Shown here in pieces: positions 49,263 through 60,419 of a DNA stretch of 64,000 nucleotides. Made by a program: the position numbers and the translations under genes. Numbering within the stretch: the first letter of the stretch is position 1; each line of letters begins with the position of its first letter. The stretch is from Podospora anserina (taxonomy: Eukaryota), in the NCBI GenBank assembly GCA_017654855.1, contig CM030334.1, positions 3,286,001-3,350,000 of the forward strand, read 5' to 3'. A model generated the notes under the pieces. The model was given only the letters and a program-made list of their open reading frames with translations, did not search any database and had not been told where the DNA came from.

Positions 49263-50504
49263 ATGTTCTCCAACGGATTCGCTACCGGCGCCATCGCCTT
49301 CCTCATGGCTGGTGCCCAGCTCGCCTCGGCCCACATGGAAATCTCAGAACCTGCCCCCTTCAGGTCCAAGTTCAACCCCCATGCCACCAACATCGACTAC
49401 ACCAACACAGCTCCCCTCGCTGCCAACGGTGCCAACTACCCTTGCAAGGGCTACCACTCGGATCTCGGTACTGCCGCCGGTGCTCCCACCGCTTCCTACC
49501 GCCCCGGTGGCTCGTACCAGTTCAAGGTTACCGGCGGTGCTCCCCACGGCGGTGGTTCGTGCCAGGTCAGCTTGAGCTACGACAAGGGTGCCACCTTCAC
49601 CGTGATCCAGTCCATCATCGGTGGCTGCCCGCTCGCCTCCAGCTACCCCTTCACCATCCCCGACGATGCCCCCGAGGGTGAGGCCATCTGGGCCTGGACC
49701 TGGAACAACAACATCGGCAACCGCGAGTTCTACATGAACTGCGCCCCCATCACCATCAGCAAGAGCGCCGCCAAGCGTGAGATTGAGGCTCCCAAGGTCG
49801 AGCAGGCTGCCGTCCAGAAGCGTGCTTCTGTTGGCTTCTCCTCTCGCCCCGCTCTCTTCGTCGCCAACATTGAGAATGGCTGCTCTGTCGCCGAGGGTAC
49901 CGATGTTGTCTACCCCAACCCCGGCCCCGATGTCATCAACAACGGCGGCAGCACCGGCGCTCCTTCCGGCAACTGCGGTCCCGCCGGTGCCCCCGCTCCC
50001 AACCCCGGCAACGGCGGTGGTGATGCTCCCGCTCCCGCTCCCACCACGACTGAGCAGGCCCCAGTCGTTCCTCCCACCACCACAGCTGCCCCCGTCACCA
50101 CCAAGGCTCCCGCCTCTCTTCCCGGCGGTGTCTTCATCACTGTTCCCACTCCTGACAAGCCCGTCACTTCGGCCCCTGTCGATGTCCCGGCTCCCCAGCC
50201 CACCACTCTCGTCATTTCCACTCGCCCTGCCAACACTCCCACTGCCGCCCCCGCCCCCGTTCCCACTGGCGGTGCTGGTCAGCAGCTCGGTTACCCTGCC
50301 GGCACTGCCTGCCAGAACGAGGGCTCCTGGAACTGTCTCGGCGACGGCTTCCAGCGTTGCGCCTCCGGCACCTGGTCTGTCGTCCAGGCCATGGCTTCCG
50401 GCACCAAGTGCCAGATGGGTGAGGGCACTGAGCTCCTCGTCAACAAGCGTGCTTCTCGCCGCAGCTTCAGGTGGAGACAGGGCTCCAGACTCCAGCTTGC
50501 TTAA
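49263..50504 (+). CDS. Secreted AA11 lytic polysaccharide monooxygenase with Pro/Thr linker and C-terminal Cys-rich module (X278/CBM19-like)
   Basis: Signal peptide ending ASA then His1 (HMEISEP); YPCK, APHGGGSCQVSLSYD, WTWNN.IGNREFYMNCA; C-terminal CQNEGSWNC..FQRCASGTW..GTKC. Confidence 0.9.
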   Translation: MFSNGFATGAIAFLMAGAQLASAHMEISEPAPFRSKFNPHATNIDYTNTAPLAANGANYPCKGYHSDLGTAAGAPTASYRPGGSYQFKVTGGAPHGGGSCQVSLSYDKGATFTVIQSIIGGCPLASSYPFTIPDDAPEGEAIWAWTWNNNIGNREFYMNCAPITISKSAAKREIEAPKVEQAAVQKRASVGFSSRPALFVANIENGCSVAEGTDVVYPNPGPDVINNGGSTGAPSGNCGPAGAPAPNPGNGGGDAPAPAPTTTEQAPVVPPTTTAAPVTTKAPASLPGGVFITVPTPDKPVTSAPVDVPAPQPTTLVISTRPANTPTAAPAPVPTGGAGQQLGYPAGTACQNEGSWNCLGDGFQRCASGTWSVVQAMASGTKCQMGEGTELLVNKRASRRSFRWRQGSRLQLA

Positions 50505-52500
50505 GCTTTTTCTCTACCTTTTCGGAGATGGACTTCTGCAGCTTGCTTGGACAAGGACAGCCATAGACATTGTTCTTGCGTGATGTCGATGGATTTGATG
50601 AATTCGTCCAGACCCCTTCTTCTTTTTCGCTTCTAACCATACCCCCTCTTTTCGACCTTCGCTTCTCTGTTATACCCGACACACATTTCTCACATCGTTG
50701 GTGTCATTCGTTTATACATCACCACTTTTTGACCATATTTGATATTGGTCGACTTGTTTTTTTTCCACCTTTCACAAAGAAGGAGGGGTTCACAAACTGG
50801 GAAAGACGGCGTTTTTTCATTGGGAATTGGATTGGGGATGGATGGCAGGCAGCATCTGGTGGCAGCAAATTCATTCGGGAGAGGACTTCATGTAACAATA
50901 TGACTTTTTTTTCACACAAACATTTTTTTTTAGAGAGAGGACAAAAGGGAAATGCATTTGGGAGGAACGGCTAGGGTGGTAGGACAGTTTAGATCGTCTC
51001 TTCTCGCGAGAGGAGATGGATGAGCAAAATTCCATCGCTTATGACCATACTTGAGTGATTTAAGACTTGTGACCCTGTGGTGCGTGATATGGAATACGAT
51101 GGTAGAAGAAAAGCAAGACAACAGCTGTTGTATGCAACTCCCACCTGACACTGCACACCATCCTATGCTGTCGAACGAGAGATGAAGTATGACAATATGC
51201 TAGACGGCAAACATGATACACGCATGTACAACCACCGTCTGGAGATTTCCTCCCATCCACTTCCAACAGCCCACTGGTATCTCATGCGTCGATACTGCCA
51301 TGTGGCTTTCCCGGTGGCGATGTCGAGCTCAAGAAAACACGGCCGCTACCTACCTTACTCAGTGTGTGACCTCCCTCCTGGCGTTAAACAAAGTCATATG
51401 CTTGCCACAAAACTTTGTATCAGAACTTGCTGATGTGATATCTCACACACCACTGGACGAGATCAAAGAGGTTTCGAATGCTCGAGGTCCGCAACCGTGT
51501 GCCCTCTACATCATGTGGGAAGTCTGCGGCCTCTTCTCGCCCACCTACAAGAGGTACAGCCCAGGCGGGCAGGTTGCCGTATGGGTTGTTGTTTTATTAC
51601 CCAGACAAGGAAGTAGGGGTATCAGTTACCTTGAAGCTGAACTTCTCGATTCATCCCATCGTTTGGAGCCGGGCAGGGGGTTTGTACATTTTCTTTGACC
51701 AGGTAAGTCCCAATTCAGTGCCCCCGTGAGCTTTAACTGAACCTGTGGAGGGAATATCATGCCTCCTCCCGGTTTGGCTTCAGCGGGCTAAATTCCTATC
51801 AATTCTGATACTTGTGGAAGCTTGGTGGATAGTACATTAAGGCCCTGCCATTTCCCATCATGACATGTATCCAAAGGACTGTTTGTATAGCTGGTTTTAT
51901 TACATCGTAATTTGGAGAGGGGTTTTTTTTTGGGTGGTTTTTTTTTTTGGCTGTTTGTAGATATGTTCTGGTTGTCTTTGAAAAGGCCAAGCTGCCTGTT
52001 ATCCTGGAGGGAGGTAAGGCTGGTTCTTTTGCTGTCTTTCCCTAAAGAGGTCAGACCGTCATATATACAGACGCCTAGCTGTTCATAGATAGTAGGTGGC
52101 AGTGAAATATTCCCTCGGAATGGCCCCCGGGCAACAAAACTTTTTTCTTTGTCATCAAACTGACTTCCAAAGTAGGGAGGGGCCTGAGTCCTGGTGGCTG
52201 AAAAAATGGTGGCTATTTTCTTTCCAGACCCTGGTTTATTTCTCTTGCTACGACCTATCTCCTACACCATTGTGTATCCTATATCCATTGCCACCAGTTG
52301 AACAACCATGTAGGTGGAAATGTAAGCCTATTATGTCAACAAACAAGCACATCCCGAAGCAAACTATGACGAACCGGAATCTCTTTTATTTTCCAAACCA
52401 TCCAACTCCAGACAATGAACTTGACGAAAGATTACACACAAAAGATCCCCCATCCCCCCATCCCACCACATCTATACACAATCCTCACCTCACCCCCTTC

Positions 52501-53868
52501 TTACTCCCTCGTCGCCCTGATAGCATTCTCCAACTTCTCCAACCCCTCCTTAATCTGCCCCTCCTCGATCGTCAACGCCGGCACGAACCTCAACGTGTTC
52601 GTTCCGGCAGTGATGACCAACAAACCCCTCTCCCTCGCCGCCTTGACAATCCCCGCTGGGTCCTCACTCAACTGTAACCCCAAAATCAACCCCTTCCCCC
52701 TCACCTCCTTGACCAACTCCGGCCACTCCCCCCTCCACCTCTCAAACGTCTCCCTGAAGATCTTCTCCTTCCTCTTAACCCCCTCCAGCAGCTTCTCATC
52801 CCCCAACCTCTCCACGATATTACAAGCCAACCGACAAGCCAACGGGTTCCCCCCAAACGTAGTCCCATGATCCCCCACCTTGATCCTCTCCCCAACCCTC
52901 TCGTTAATTATCGTAGCCCCAATAGGAAACCCATTCCCCAACGCCTTCGCCGTGGTCAAAATATCCGGGTGCGCCTCCTTCGGCAGATGCCCATGCGCCC
53001 AAAACTGCCCCGTCCGTCCCAACCCACACTGAATCTCATCATAATGCACCAACGCCCCCACCTCCCTGCACCGTCTCGCCAACCTCACCAAAAACTCATC
53101 CCCTGCCGGCGTGACCCCCCCCTCCCCCTGAATCGGCTCAACAATAACACTGCATGTCCGTTCCGTCACCAACCCATCGATCCCAGCAATGTCATTCAGC
53201 TCCCCCACCCTAAAACCCGGAACCATGGGCGCAAACGGCTCCTGATACTTGGGGTTAGGCGTCGCCGACAGAGACCCCATCGTCCGGCCGTGAAACGCGT
53301 TCCTGAAGCTGACTATCTCCACCTTTTGCCCGCTCGGATCGACAACCTTGCCGACTTTTCTCGCGAATTTGATCCCCGCCTCGTTGGCCTCGCTGCCGGA
53401 ATTGCAGACGAATACCTGGGCTGCGTCGTGCATGCCCCCCTTTTCCCTCGTCAATCCCACCAGCTTTTTGGATAGTTCCCCCACCCAAGAGTTGTAGTAA
53501 AGATTGGAGCAGTGAGTCAGCGTGGTGGCCTGGTCGGCCATGATGGCGCAGAGTTGGGGGTCGTTGTGCCCGAGGGAGTTGACGGCGATGCCGCCCGTGA
53601 AGTCGAGGTACTCCCTGCCGGCCGCGTCCCAGATCAGGGAGCCGGAGGCTTTGGTGAAGACGATGGGGGGGCGGGAGTAGGTCGTCACCATGTATGGGGA
53701 GGTGGAGTCGATGAGGGATTGGGATTTGGAGCTGCCCGGCATGATGTCTGGGTGCGTGATTTCCTTGTATTTGGGGACGGTGGCAGTGCTGGCTAGCCTC
53801 GTTGATGCCAGGGAGCAGCAGCGCCTGCTCGCCGTGGCGGCGAGGCGGAGGGTGGGACGGAGGGACAT
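52501..53868 (-). CDS. ARG8: Mitochondrial acetylornithine aminotransferase
   Basis: Presequence MSLRPTLRL; YLDFTGGIAVNSLGH, NSGSEANE, FHGRTMG, EPIQGEGG, DEIQCGLGRTG, AKALGNGFPIGA (PLP Lys). Confidence 0.95.
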   Translation of the reverse strand: MSLRPTLRLAATASRRCCSLASTRLASTATVPKYKEITHPDIMPGSSKSQSLIDSTSPYMVTTYSRPPIVFTKASGSLIWDAAGREYLDFTGGIAVNSLGHNDPQLCAIMADQATTLTHCSNLYYNSWVGELSKKLVGLTREKGGMHDAAQVFVCNSGSEANEAGIKFARKVGKVVDPSGQKVEIVSFRNAFHGRTMGSLSATPNPKYQEPFAPMVPGFRVGELNDIAGIDGLVTERTCSVIVEPIQGEGGVTPAGDEFLVRLARRCREVGALVHYDEIQCGLGRTGQFWAHGHLPKEAHPDILTTAKALGNGFPIGATIINERVGERIKVGDHGTTFGGNPLACRLACNIVERLGDEKLLEGVKRKEKIFRETFERWRGEWPELVKEVRGKGLILGLQLSEDPAGIVKAARERGLLVITAGTNTLRFVPALTIEEGQIKEGLEKLENAIRATRE

Positions 53869-54068
53869 GATGAAGATTTTAAATAAAAAAAAAGAAGAAA
53901 AGCTGGTGAAGTTAAGGGTTGGGGTGTGATACCGACAAATAGAGTTGGATGGAGTTGGAAAAAGTCCAACGGCGCGCAGGAAAAAAAAGCAATTGAGTTT
54001 TGAGAGATCAATCAATTGCAAAAGGCGCGGCGTCGACGACTTTAAGAACAGGAGGAGGTGGATGAAAG

Positions 54069-54112
54069 TGACTCAAGAAAGATCCCAGTGACTCCATTGA
54101 CTGTTGTGACTG
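54069..54112. promoter_or_regulatory. Cluster of Gcn4/CPC-1-type sites upstream of ARG8
   Basis: TGACTCA 54069-54075, TGACTC 54089-54094 and two TGACTG half-matches, about 200 bp upstream of the ATG. Confidence 0.65.
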
Positions 54113-54454
54113 TCCAACCCACTTCGCCATCTTATCAGATCAATACCCGAGAAAATCTGTCAAGCGATGTCGGGGATGCGCCCGCAAAGGCGCGTGCCCC
54201 ACTGCAACGGACGGGACTTGGCTCGCTTATCGATAGCACAACCCCCTGTCAATTGAGACAATGATTGGGTCATCAAGGTTCTCATTTTCTGTCTCTTGAA
54301 TATATACGCATACACAACATCATGACGGACATGCAATCCTCAGCGTCAACAACTGCTGTACACTGGGCAGCTCGACACTGAGAGAAGCCTTCTTTCCCCT
54401 CCCCACCAAGCCCCCTGCATTCTCAAGAGTGTGACAGCCCGCTCGGGCCTCTCC

Positions 54455-56308
54455 TTAGCAGATAGCGTGAGTTTTGCCTGTCTTCCCCTGAAGAGAATGT
54501 TTTTCCTTCTGTGTAAGTGGTCAGCATCACTTCTTCCGACAAAAAAACATAACAAAAGACGTTGCAAATGGCCTTGAAAAAAGGGGAGCACAGGACCTTA
54601 CCCGATACTTGGGGTGGTTGTGTGAGGCTTTCCCGCTCGAGGTGTTGTGCTTGTGGATGAAGTCCTGCTGCTTCTTGATGCTGTCCTGGTCCATCTGTCC
54701 GAGAAGCTGTTGACTCTGCTTGATATCAGTGATGAGGCTGTCGCATCGACTGCGTGTGAAATCCTCGCGAACGACTACGCGGAGCATCTTGAGGTTCTCG
54801 GTGTTGGGCGCCATGGTATACGCGGGGACAACCCAGCCGCGAACGCGCAACTGGTGAGCGAGGGCGAACTCGTCATAGTTGCGGTCTTCTTGGGGCGGGA
54901 GACGGAAGGCTACTAGTGGCAGACCCTCGCCCGACTTCTTTGACATGATGATGAAGCCGAGAGCCTCGAGAGAGTCTGACAAGTAATTGGCCGTCCGCGT
55001 CAGGTTGCTCATGATGGCCCTGTACCCGTGTTTCCCAAGTCTGATGAGCTGATAGTACTGGCCAATGACCTGACTGGCCCCTTTGCTGAAGTTGAGGGTG
55101 AAGGAAGCTTGATCGGCGCCGAGGTAGTTGATGTTGAAGACGAGCTCTTGGGGCAAGAACTCGGCGCTCCTCCACACAACCCAACCAACACCAGGGTAGA
55201 CGAGACCATACTAGATCTATGGTCAGCAAAGTCCAAGTGTTTTTCTCAGGGGTGTTGACAAACCTTGTGCCCAGACACGTTGATGGAAACGACATGTTCC
55301 AGTCTGAAATCCCATTCAAGGTCTGGCACGACAAATGGTGCCACAAACCCACCGCTGGCAGCATCGACGTGAATCGGCGTGTTCAACCCCTTCTTGGTCA
55401 ACAAGTCATCGACAGCCTTGACATCCTCATACTCGCCGGTATAAGTCGTCCCGAGAATCACGCAGATGCCAATAGTGTTCTCATCGACAAGATTGACAGT
55501 CTCCTCGGGGTCAATGACATATCGCTCCTCGGTGCAGTACACCAACTTCTCCTCCACCTCGAAATAGCGCGCCGCCTTCTCCCAGCACACCTGAACGGCC
55601 GACGACATGACAATGTTGGGTCTGTCGTACGGCTTGCCCTCCTCTATCCTCTTGTTCTTCCAGCGCCTCTTCATCGCAAGCACAGCCAACATGATGGCTT
55701 CACTGCTACCGACGCAGGAAGTGCCAATAGCGCCGACATCGTCTTCAACGCCTATCGGGGCGTGAAACAGTCTCCCGATCATGGAGACGCATCGGTTCTG
55801 AATGTCGGCCGACTGGGGGTACTCTTCATAGTCGATGAAGTTTTTTGAGAAGGACTCGGTCATGAGCTTTTCCGCTTCTTCCTCCTACATGCAGTGTTAG
55901 CGCATGTTTGAGCTGCTCTTGATAGGGGGTACATACCATATAAGTCGTGACAAAAGAAGCCAAACTGTGGCACAACATGCAGCCGTTAGCATTCCGAAGC
56001 AGGAACAGCAGCGCACGGATAGTCGCTCGGAGCCGAACGGCCGAACATGATATGACGACTTACTTCAAAATGGGGTTGCCGTCCAGGCTCAAATGGTCCT
56101 TGATCAAGCGGTAGGCCACATCTTTGGACATCTCGGCCTCGGGCATCTCGTGCTTGGGGAGGTCTCTGGCAGCAAACCGGGAGCCGTAGACGCTAGTGGT
56201 GAAGCTGTCATCATCATTGACAAGCTGGAGGTGGGCCTTTTTGATGCCACCAGCCAGCTTGCCGTTGACGACCTGGTTCTCGTCGGGGATGGTCGAAAGG
56301 TGTACCAT
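54455..56308 (-). CDS. GAD1: Glutamate decarboxylase; exons 56308-56064, 55964-55937, 55884-55264, 55210-54602, 54508-54455
   Basis: [50 protein letters not shown] (PLP Lys), C-terminus [10 protein letters not shown]. Confidence 0.96.
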
Positions 56309-57831
56309 CTTGGGCAACCTCGGGTGAGTGTATGTTCTATTGCTGAAATGATATTGCGCAAAGCGATGAGGAGGGGTCTGAGCAAAACAGACAGAGTGGA
56401 AATCCCCTTCACAGTGCTAGTTGGAGGGGGGGGGGGCGATTTTATACTCGACAAACAGTCTAGCAGCTACCTAGAACAGGAACGGGGACGTCTGTTGGCA
56501 GGCCCTCTTTGTCAGCTACTGCGCAACACTGGACTGGCAAGAGTTGAGCGTGGGGAGCTTTTGCCCCGGTCATCTCATGATTGTCACGTTTGGGGTTCTA
56601 CGGGCGGAAATTGGCACACAACTGACCGGTTTCCACGTTGGGCAAAGCCACGTCGATTGAATCCTCGTTGGGCCTCCACGTTTGTTTTGCGAGAATCGTG
56701 AGATAAAGAAGAGAAGAGGGGAGGCCGCCCCCCGAGCTTGCTTCCGCAGTAGGAAGGAGGGGTTGAGGGGAAGCAGCAGCTCCTCGAACGAGTACGGACG
56801 GACACAAAGCCCACACAAGTTCGAAGTTTAGTGAACACCCTGCATTAGTGGTGACGCAGCCCCCGCAAAGCTTGTCGTCTGGAGCAAATCGAAGGCCGTT
56901 GGAGGCGACATTTCCATGCAGCTCGCATGCTTTGCCAGCCCTGCCTGCATCCAGGCTGAGCGGGGTCCCACACACCTCAATTCTCTATTTCTCGACCAAT
57001 TCAACGTAGCACTGAGATCTAATGTTTTGTGATTGAGGGCTTGTGTTGCAAGTTGAAACTGTCCCTTCGTAACTGCTCCGATGTGCTCAAGAATGCAATG
57101 ACATCATATCACCGAGACCGGAAAGAGATATATCGTTTGGGAAGGTGCCTCTCCCAGACTTGGACATTTTTCAGACCCCACTCACTGGAGATGAGGAAAG
57201 AGCGTATGGGAGGTTTAGGCAGGAGCAGAGGTCCTCCAAACCGATCAAGAATTTTTAGAAATTGGGAGCCAGTTTGATTCCTTGATGTTCCATTCCAGCT
57301 CAGCCTTGACATGTGGTTCGATGCGTGGTTGATATCACGATCATGTACTCTTTACCGGTTGCGAGCCCTCCCAACACGGCCCAGACCCCTATTCCAACGT
57401 GTGACAATCTACAACGAGCTTTCCCTCATTTTAACAACATCTATATCTGACGCATTTGCCACCGAAAAGAAGAGCATGCGGCTTTGCCAGAATGGAACAT
57501 CGGATGTCGATGCCGGTGACACAAACACTCTCCACCAATCAGAGCTTTGGTAACGCACCGAAGGATCAAGCCACTATTCCCATTAAACCCTTGGATTGTT
57601 CAAAAGGACCATCCAGCCCAGATTGTCTGGAGATTCTGACGTCGCCAATATTTCACAGTTTTGAGCTGGTGTTGCTACTGCCAGCTCAATCGGTATATCG
57701 AAACCTCCTCCCGTTCTGCTGTCCAAACACCTTTGACCATGTTGACAGTCGGTGATGCAAATAAATTCCCCCGAGAGACATTAATCATTAAGCCTAGCGT
57801 TCAAAATCGCCAAAACCACGGCTCATCCTCT

Positions 57832-58977
57832 TCACATCAAACCCGATACAACATCGTACAATATCTCGGCCAACCTGTCACCCTTCTTCCAGATATCATC
57901 ATGATCACCGCCAGCCTCCATTTCCCGAATATTCAAAGACGATGATTTGCTCAGGTAGGCCCCCATCTTTTCGAGCTGGTCGTACGGCACCAGGCTGTCC
58001 TCACGACTCTGGGCCAGAACGACTTGTTTCCCTTCCTGCCATTCGCTTGTCCAATCGACTGCCGTGGCAGGGCAGGCATCTTTCCAGACGGTCTCGTCGT
58101 CTCCAAAGGCGCCACGAGTAAACTCCTCATACGCATCTCTCAGGCCAGCATATTCGGGCGGTGGCATGGTGATGAAGCCAGCCAAGTCGTACAGCCCGTT
58201 CAGACCAACGACAACGGTGGGCTTCACGATGGCAGTGTCGAGGCCCCATCGCGAGGGGGCCATGACTGCTTGGAATGCGAGGGTTGCTCCACAGCTATGA
58301 CCGGATAACAACCATGACCCAGTTGCACCACCCAAACGCTGGAGGAATGCCAGGCCACCTAGGACGTCGCTGATGTGATCTGGGTGTCTGGCCTCTCGAT
58401 TCGGGTCTCGCCCTCCGGTAGGGTGGTTGGGGTGGGGAGAGAGCCGGTAGTTGAGGGATGCCACACCGGCGATGGGAACCGAGCCCTTGGAAAAGGAACT
58501 GGCGGCTGCTTGAAGGAGATTGATAGCTGTGGGGGAGAACGACGAGGCGTCAATCATGGGGTCGCGCCAGGCTCCGCCATGGATGTAGACGATCCAGTGT
58601 CCTGACTGAGAAGGGAGGGAAGAGGCATCAGGAGCCTGCGGGGTTGCATATCCAGGGGTGCCCGAAGTGGGAAGCCAAACATCAAGCGTCTGGAGTGACA
58701 AAGTACTGTTATCGACGCCCCCAGGAATGTAGGGGACTTGAGATTTGCGCCAGCCGAGGACCTTGCCGCTTTCTTCGTCTACCACAGACGTCCAGGGTAC
58801 TGAAGCCCATGCCAGCTGGTCTTTCTCCGACAGCGATGGCATCGTTGCGGTCGTTGTCTTGTCGGACTTGGATTGTGCACCTGCCGCCGTTGGGAAACCC
58901 GAAGACGCGGACCCGGAACAATCGAAGCCATGGCGTCGGCGAACCTTGACCACGATTTGGCTCAAGCGCCTCCACAT
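57832..58977 (-). CDS. BNA7: Kynurenine formamidase (alpha/beta hydrolase); start 58977 or 58842
   Basis: YIHGGAWRDP, NYRLSP, HPDHISDV, GHSCGATL (nucleophile Ser), GLYDL, D-L-V, HDDIW. Confidence 0.85.
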   Translation of the reverse strand: MWRRLSQIVVKVRRRHGFDCSGSASSGFPTAAGAQSKSDKTTTATMPSLSEKDQLAWASVPWTSVVDEESGKVLGWRKSQVPYIPGGVDNSTLSLQTLDVWLPTSGTPGYATPQAPDASSLPSQSGHWIVYIHGGAWRDPMIDASSFSPTAINLLQAAASSFSKGSVPIAGVASLNYRLSPHPNHPTGGRDPNREARHPDHISDVLGGLAFLQRLGGATGSWLLSGHSCGATLAFQAVMAPSRWGLDTAIVKPTVVVGLNGLYDLAGFITMPPPEYAGLRDAYEEFTRGAFGDDETVWKDACPATAVDWTSEWQEGKQVVLAQSREDSLVPYDQLEKMGAYLSKSSSLNIREMEAGGDHDDIWKKGDRLAEILYDVVSGLM

Positions 58978-60419
58978 GGCGGTGGACAGTGGATTGTGTG
59001 GACCTGACAAGGACTTCTTTTTAGCTTTCTAGGTGGCGCCGATCGGATCCGGTCTGCAGTCCGGGATGCACTTCCGGTCCGTATGCTCCGGCTTGGGCGG
59101 AGACAAAGAAGGCAGACGTATAAAGTCAACAAAAACAACGGGGATATGGCTTGCAAAAGTCAACCGCCGATGATGGAGGACTTGGGGATGGTGAACATCA
59201 ACACAACAACGACGGTGATGTCATGGTCAAGTAGGCGGCCGTTATCTCTGTTTGCGCTGTTTACTCGCCTTCCATCCGTGGCGGCCGACGAGCCGACAAA
59301 TGCCGCGTATTTTCACGGCTTACCAATTCGCATACTACCCGCGTGCATTCTGTACAGTGTGGGTGTGAAACAGAACGTTGGTTGAAAGAAACATGGTGCA
59401 GACAAATCGGAGTGCGAACCGAATTGGGGCCCGGAACTCGGAACGGGAGGTGCGCTGTTTTCGGAAGCGGCCGAACTGTGTGTGTTTCCGGGGGGAGGTT
59501 ACGTAACGTTGCGTTGTGTGCGGGTGTAATGTTACCGGGTGGTAATGTAAAGAGTGGTATCAGGGGTCTGTTATTGCTGAAACCAACGGCAACGGGCACA
59601 CAAGACGAGACAGCCGCAGCCGCAGTCCCAGTCGCAGCCACACCACAAAATGTATGTGCTATAAAAAGCGAGAGTGTGTTTTGATTGTATATATATCGAG
59701 AGTATCTAGGCAGATTTCCGACATGGTCGATTGATTAAGACCCCGCAAAAATATATGTAAGTTTCTTCTTGGATGGTGTGGGGTTGTTTTTATTCCAATA
59801 GGTTCGGGATTTTTGTGAGGGAGGGGATAAAAGGGTTGAGGGAGATGGTGGGTGGGTTAACATAGGAGGTGTGGGACTTGGACCGGGAGGATGGGAATGG
59901 GAGAGTGACGATCAGTTGTTCTGGATTTTTTGGGGGAGGGATGTTGGCGCGGTAGTTGAAGGGGAGGATAAAGGGGGTTTTCGGTGGGTAGTTTTGATGA
60001 CCGGGGAATAATGAGGAAAACGTGGTTTAGATTGGTGTTATTGGGGGGGAAGGGGGGGGGAGATTGTTGCTGGGGGTTTATGAGGTAGGATATATATATG
60101 GTGGGATACTATAGCTGTGGTGGGAATGGTAGATGTAGGTGCGCTTGAGGGAGAGTGGGATGGGATATTACTCCGTTGTTTATATAAACCATGACTTGGG
60201 CGTGTTGTGCCGTGATCCGGGTGCTTCTACTATCGTTATCACCTCAAGACTTGGTGAGAGGTTAGGATGAGACAGACATGATCGTACGTGAGAGAAAGCA
60301 TTGGTATGTCGTAAGATGCCTCTCGGATATATGCTGTCTTGCATTTTAGATGGGTGTCTTGTGTGAGCAGTGATAGGCTTGTAAGAGAGCTAGCCAATTT
60401 GTGTAGGTATTTTTTCTAG

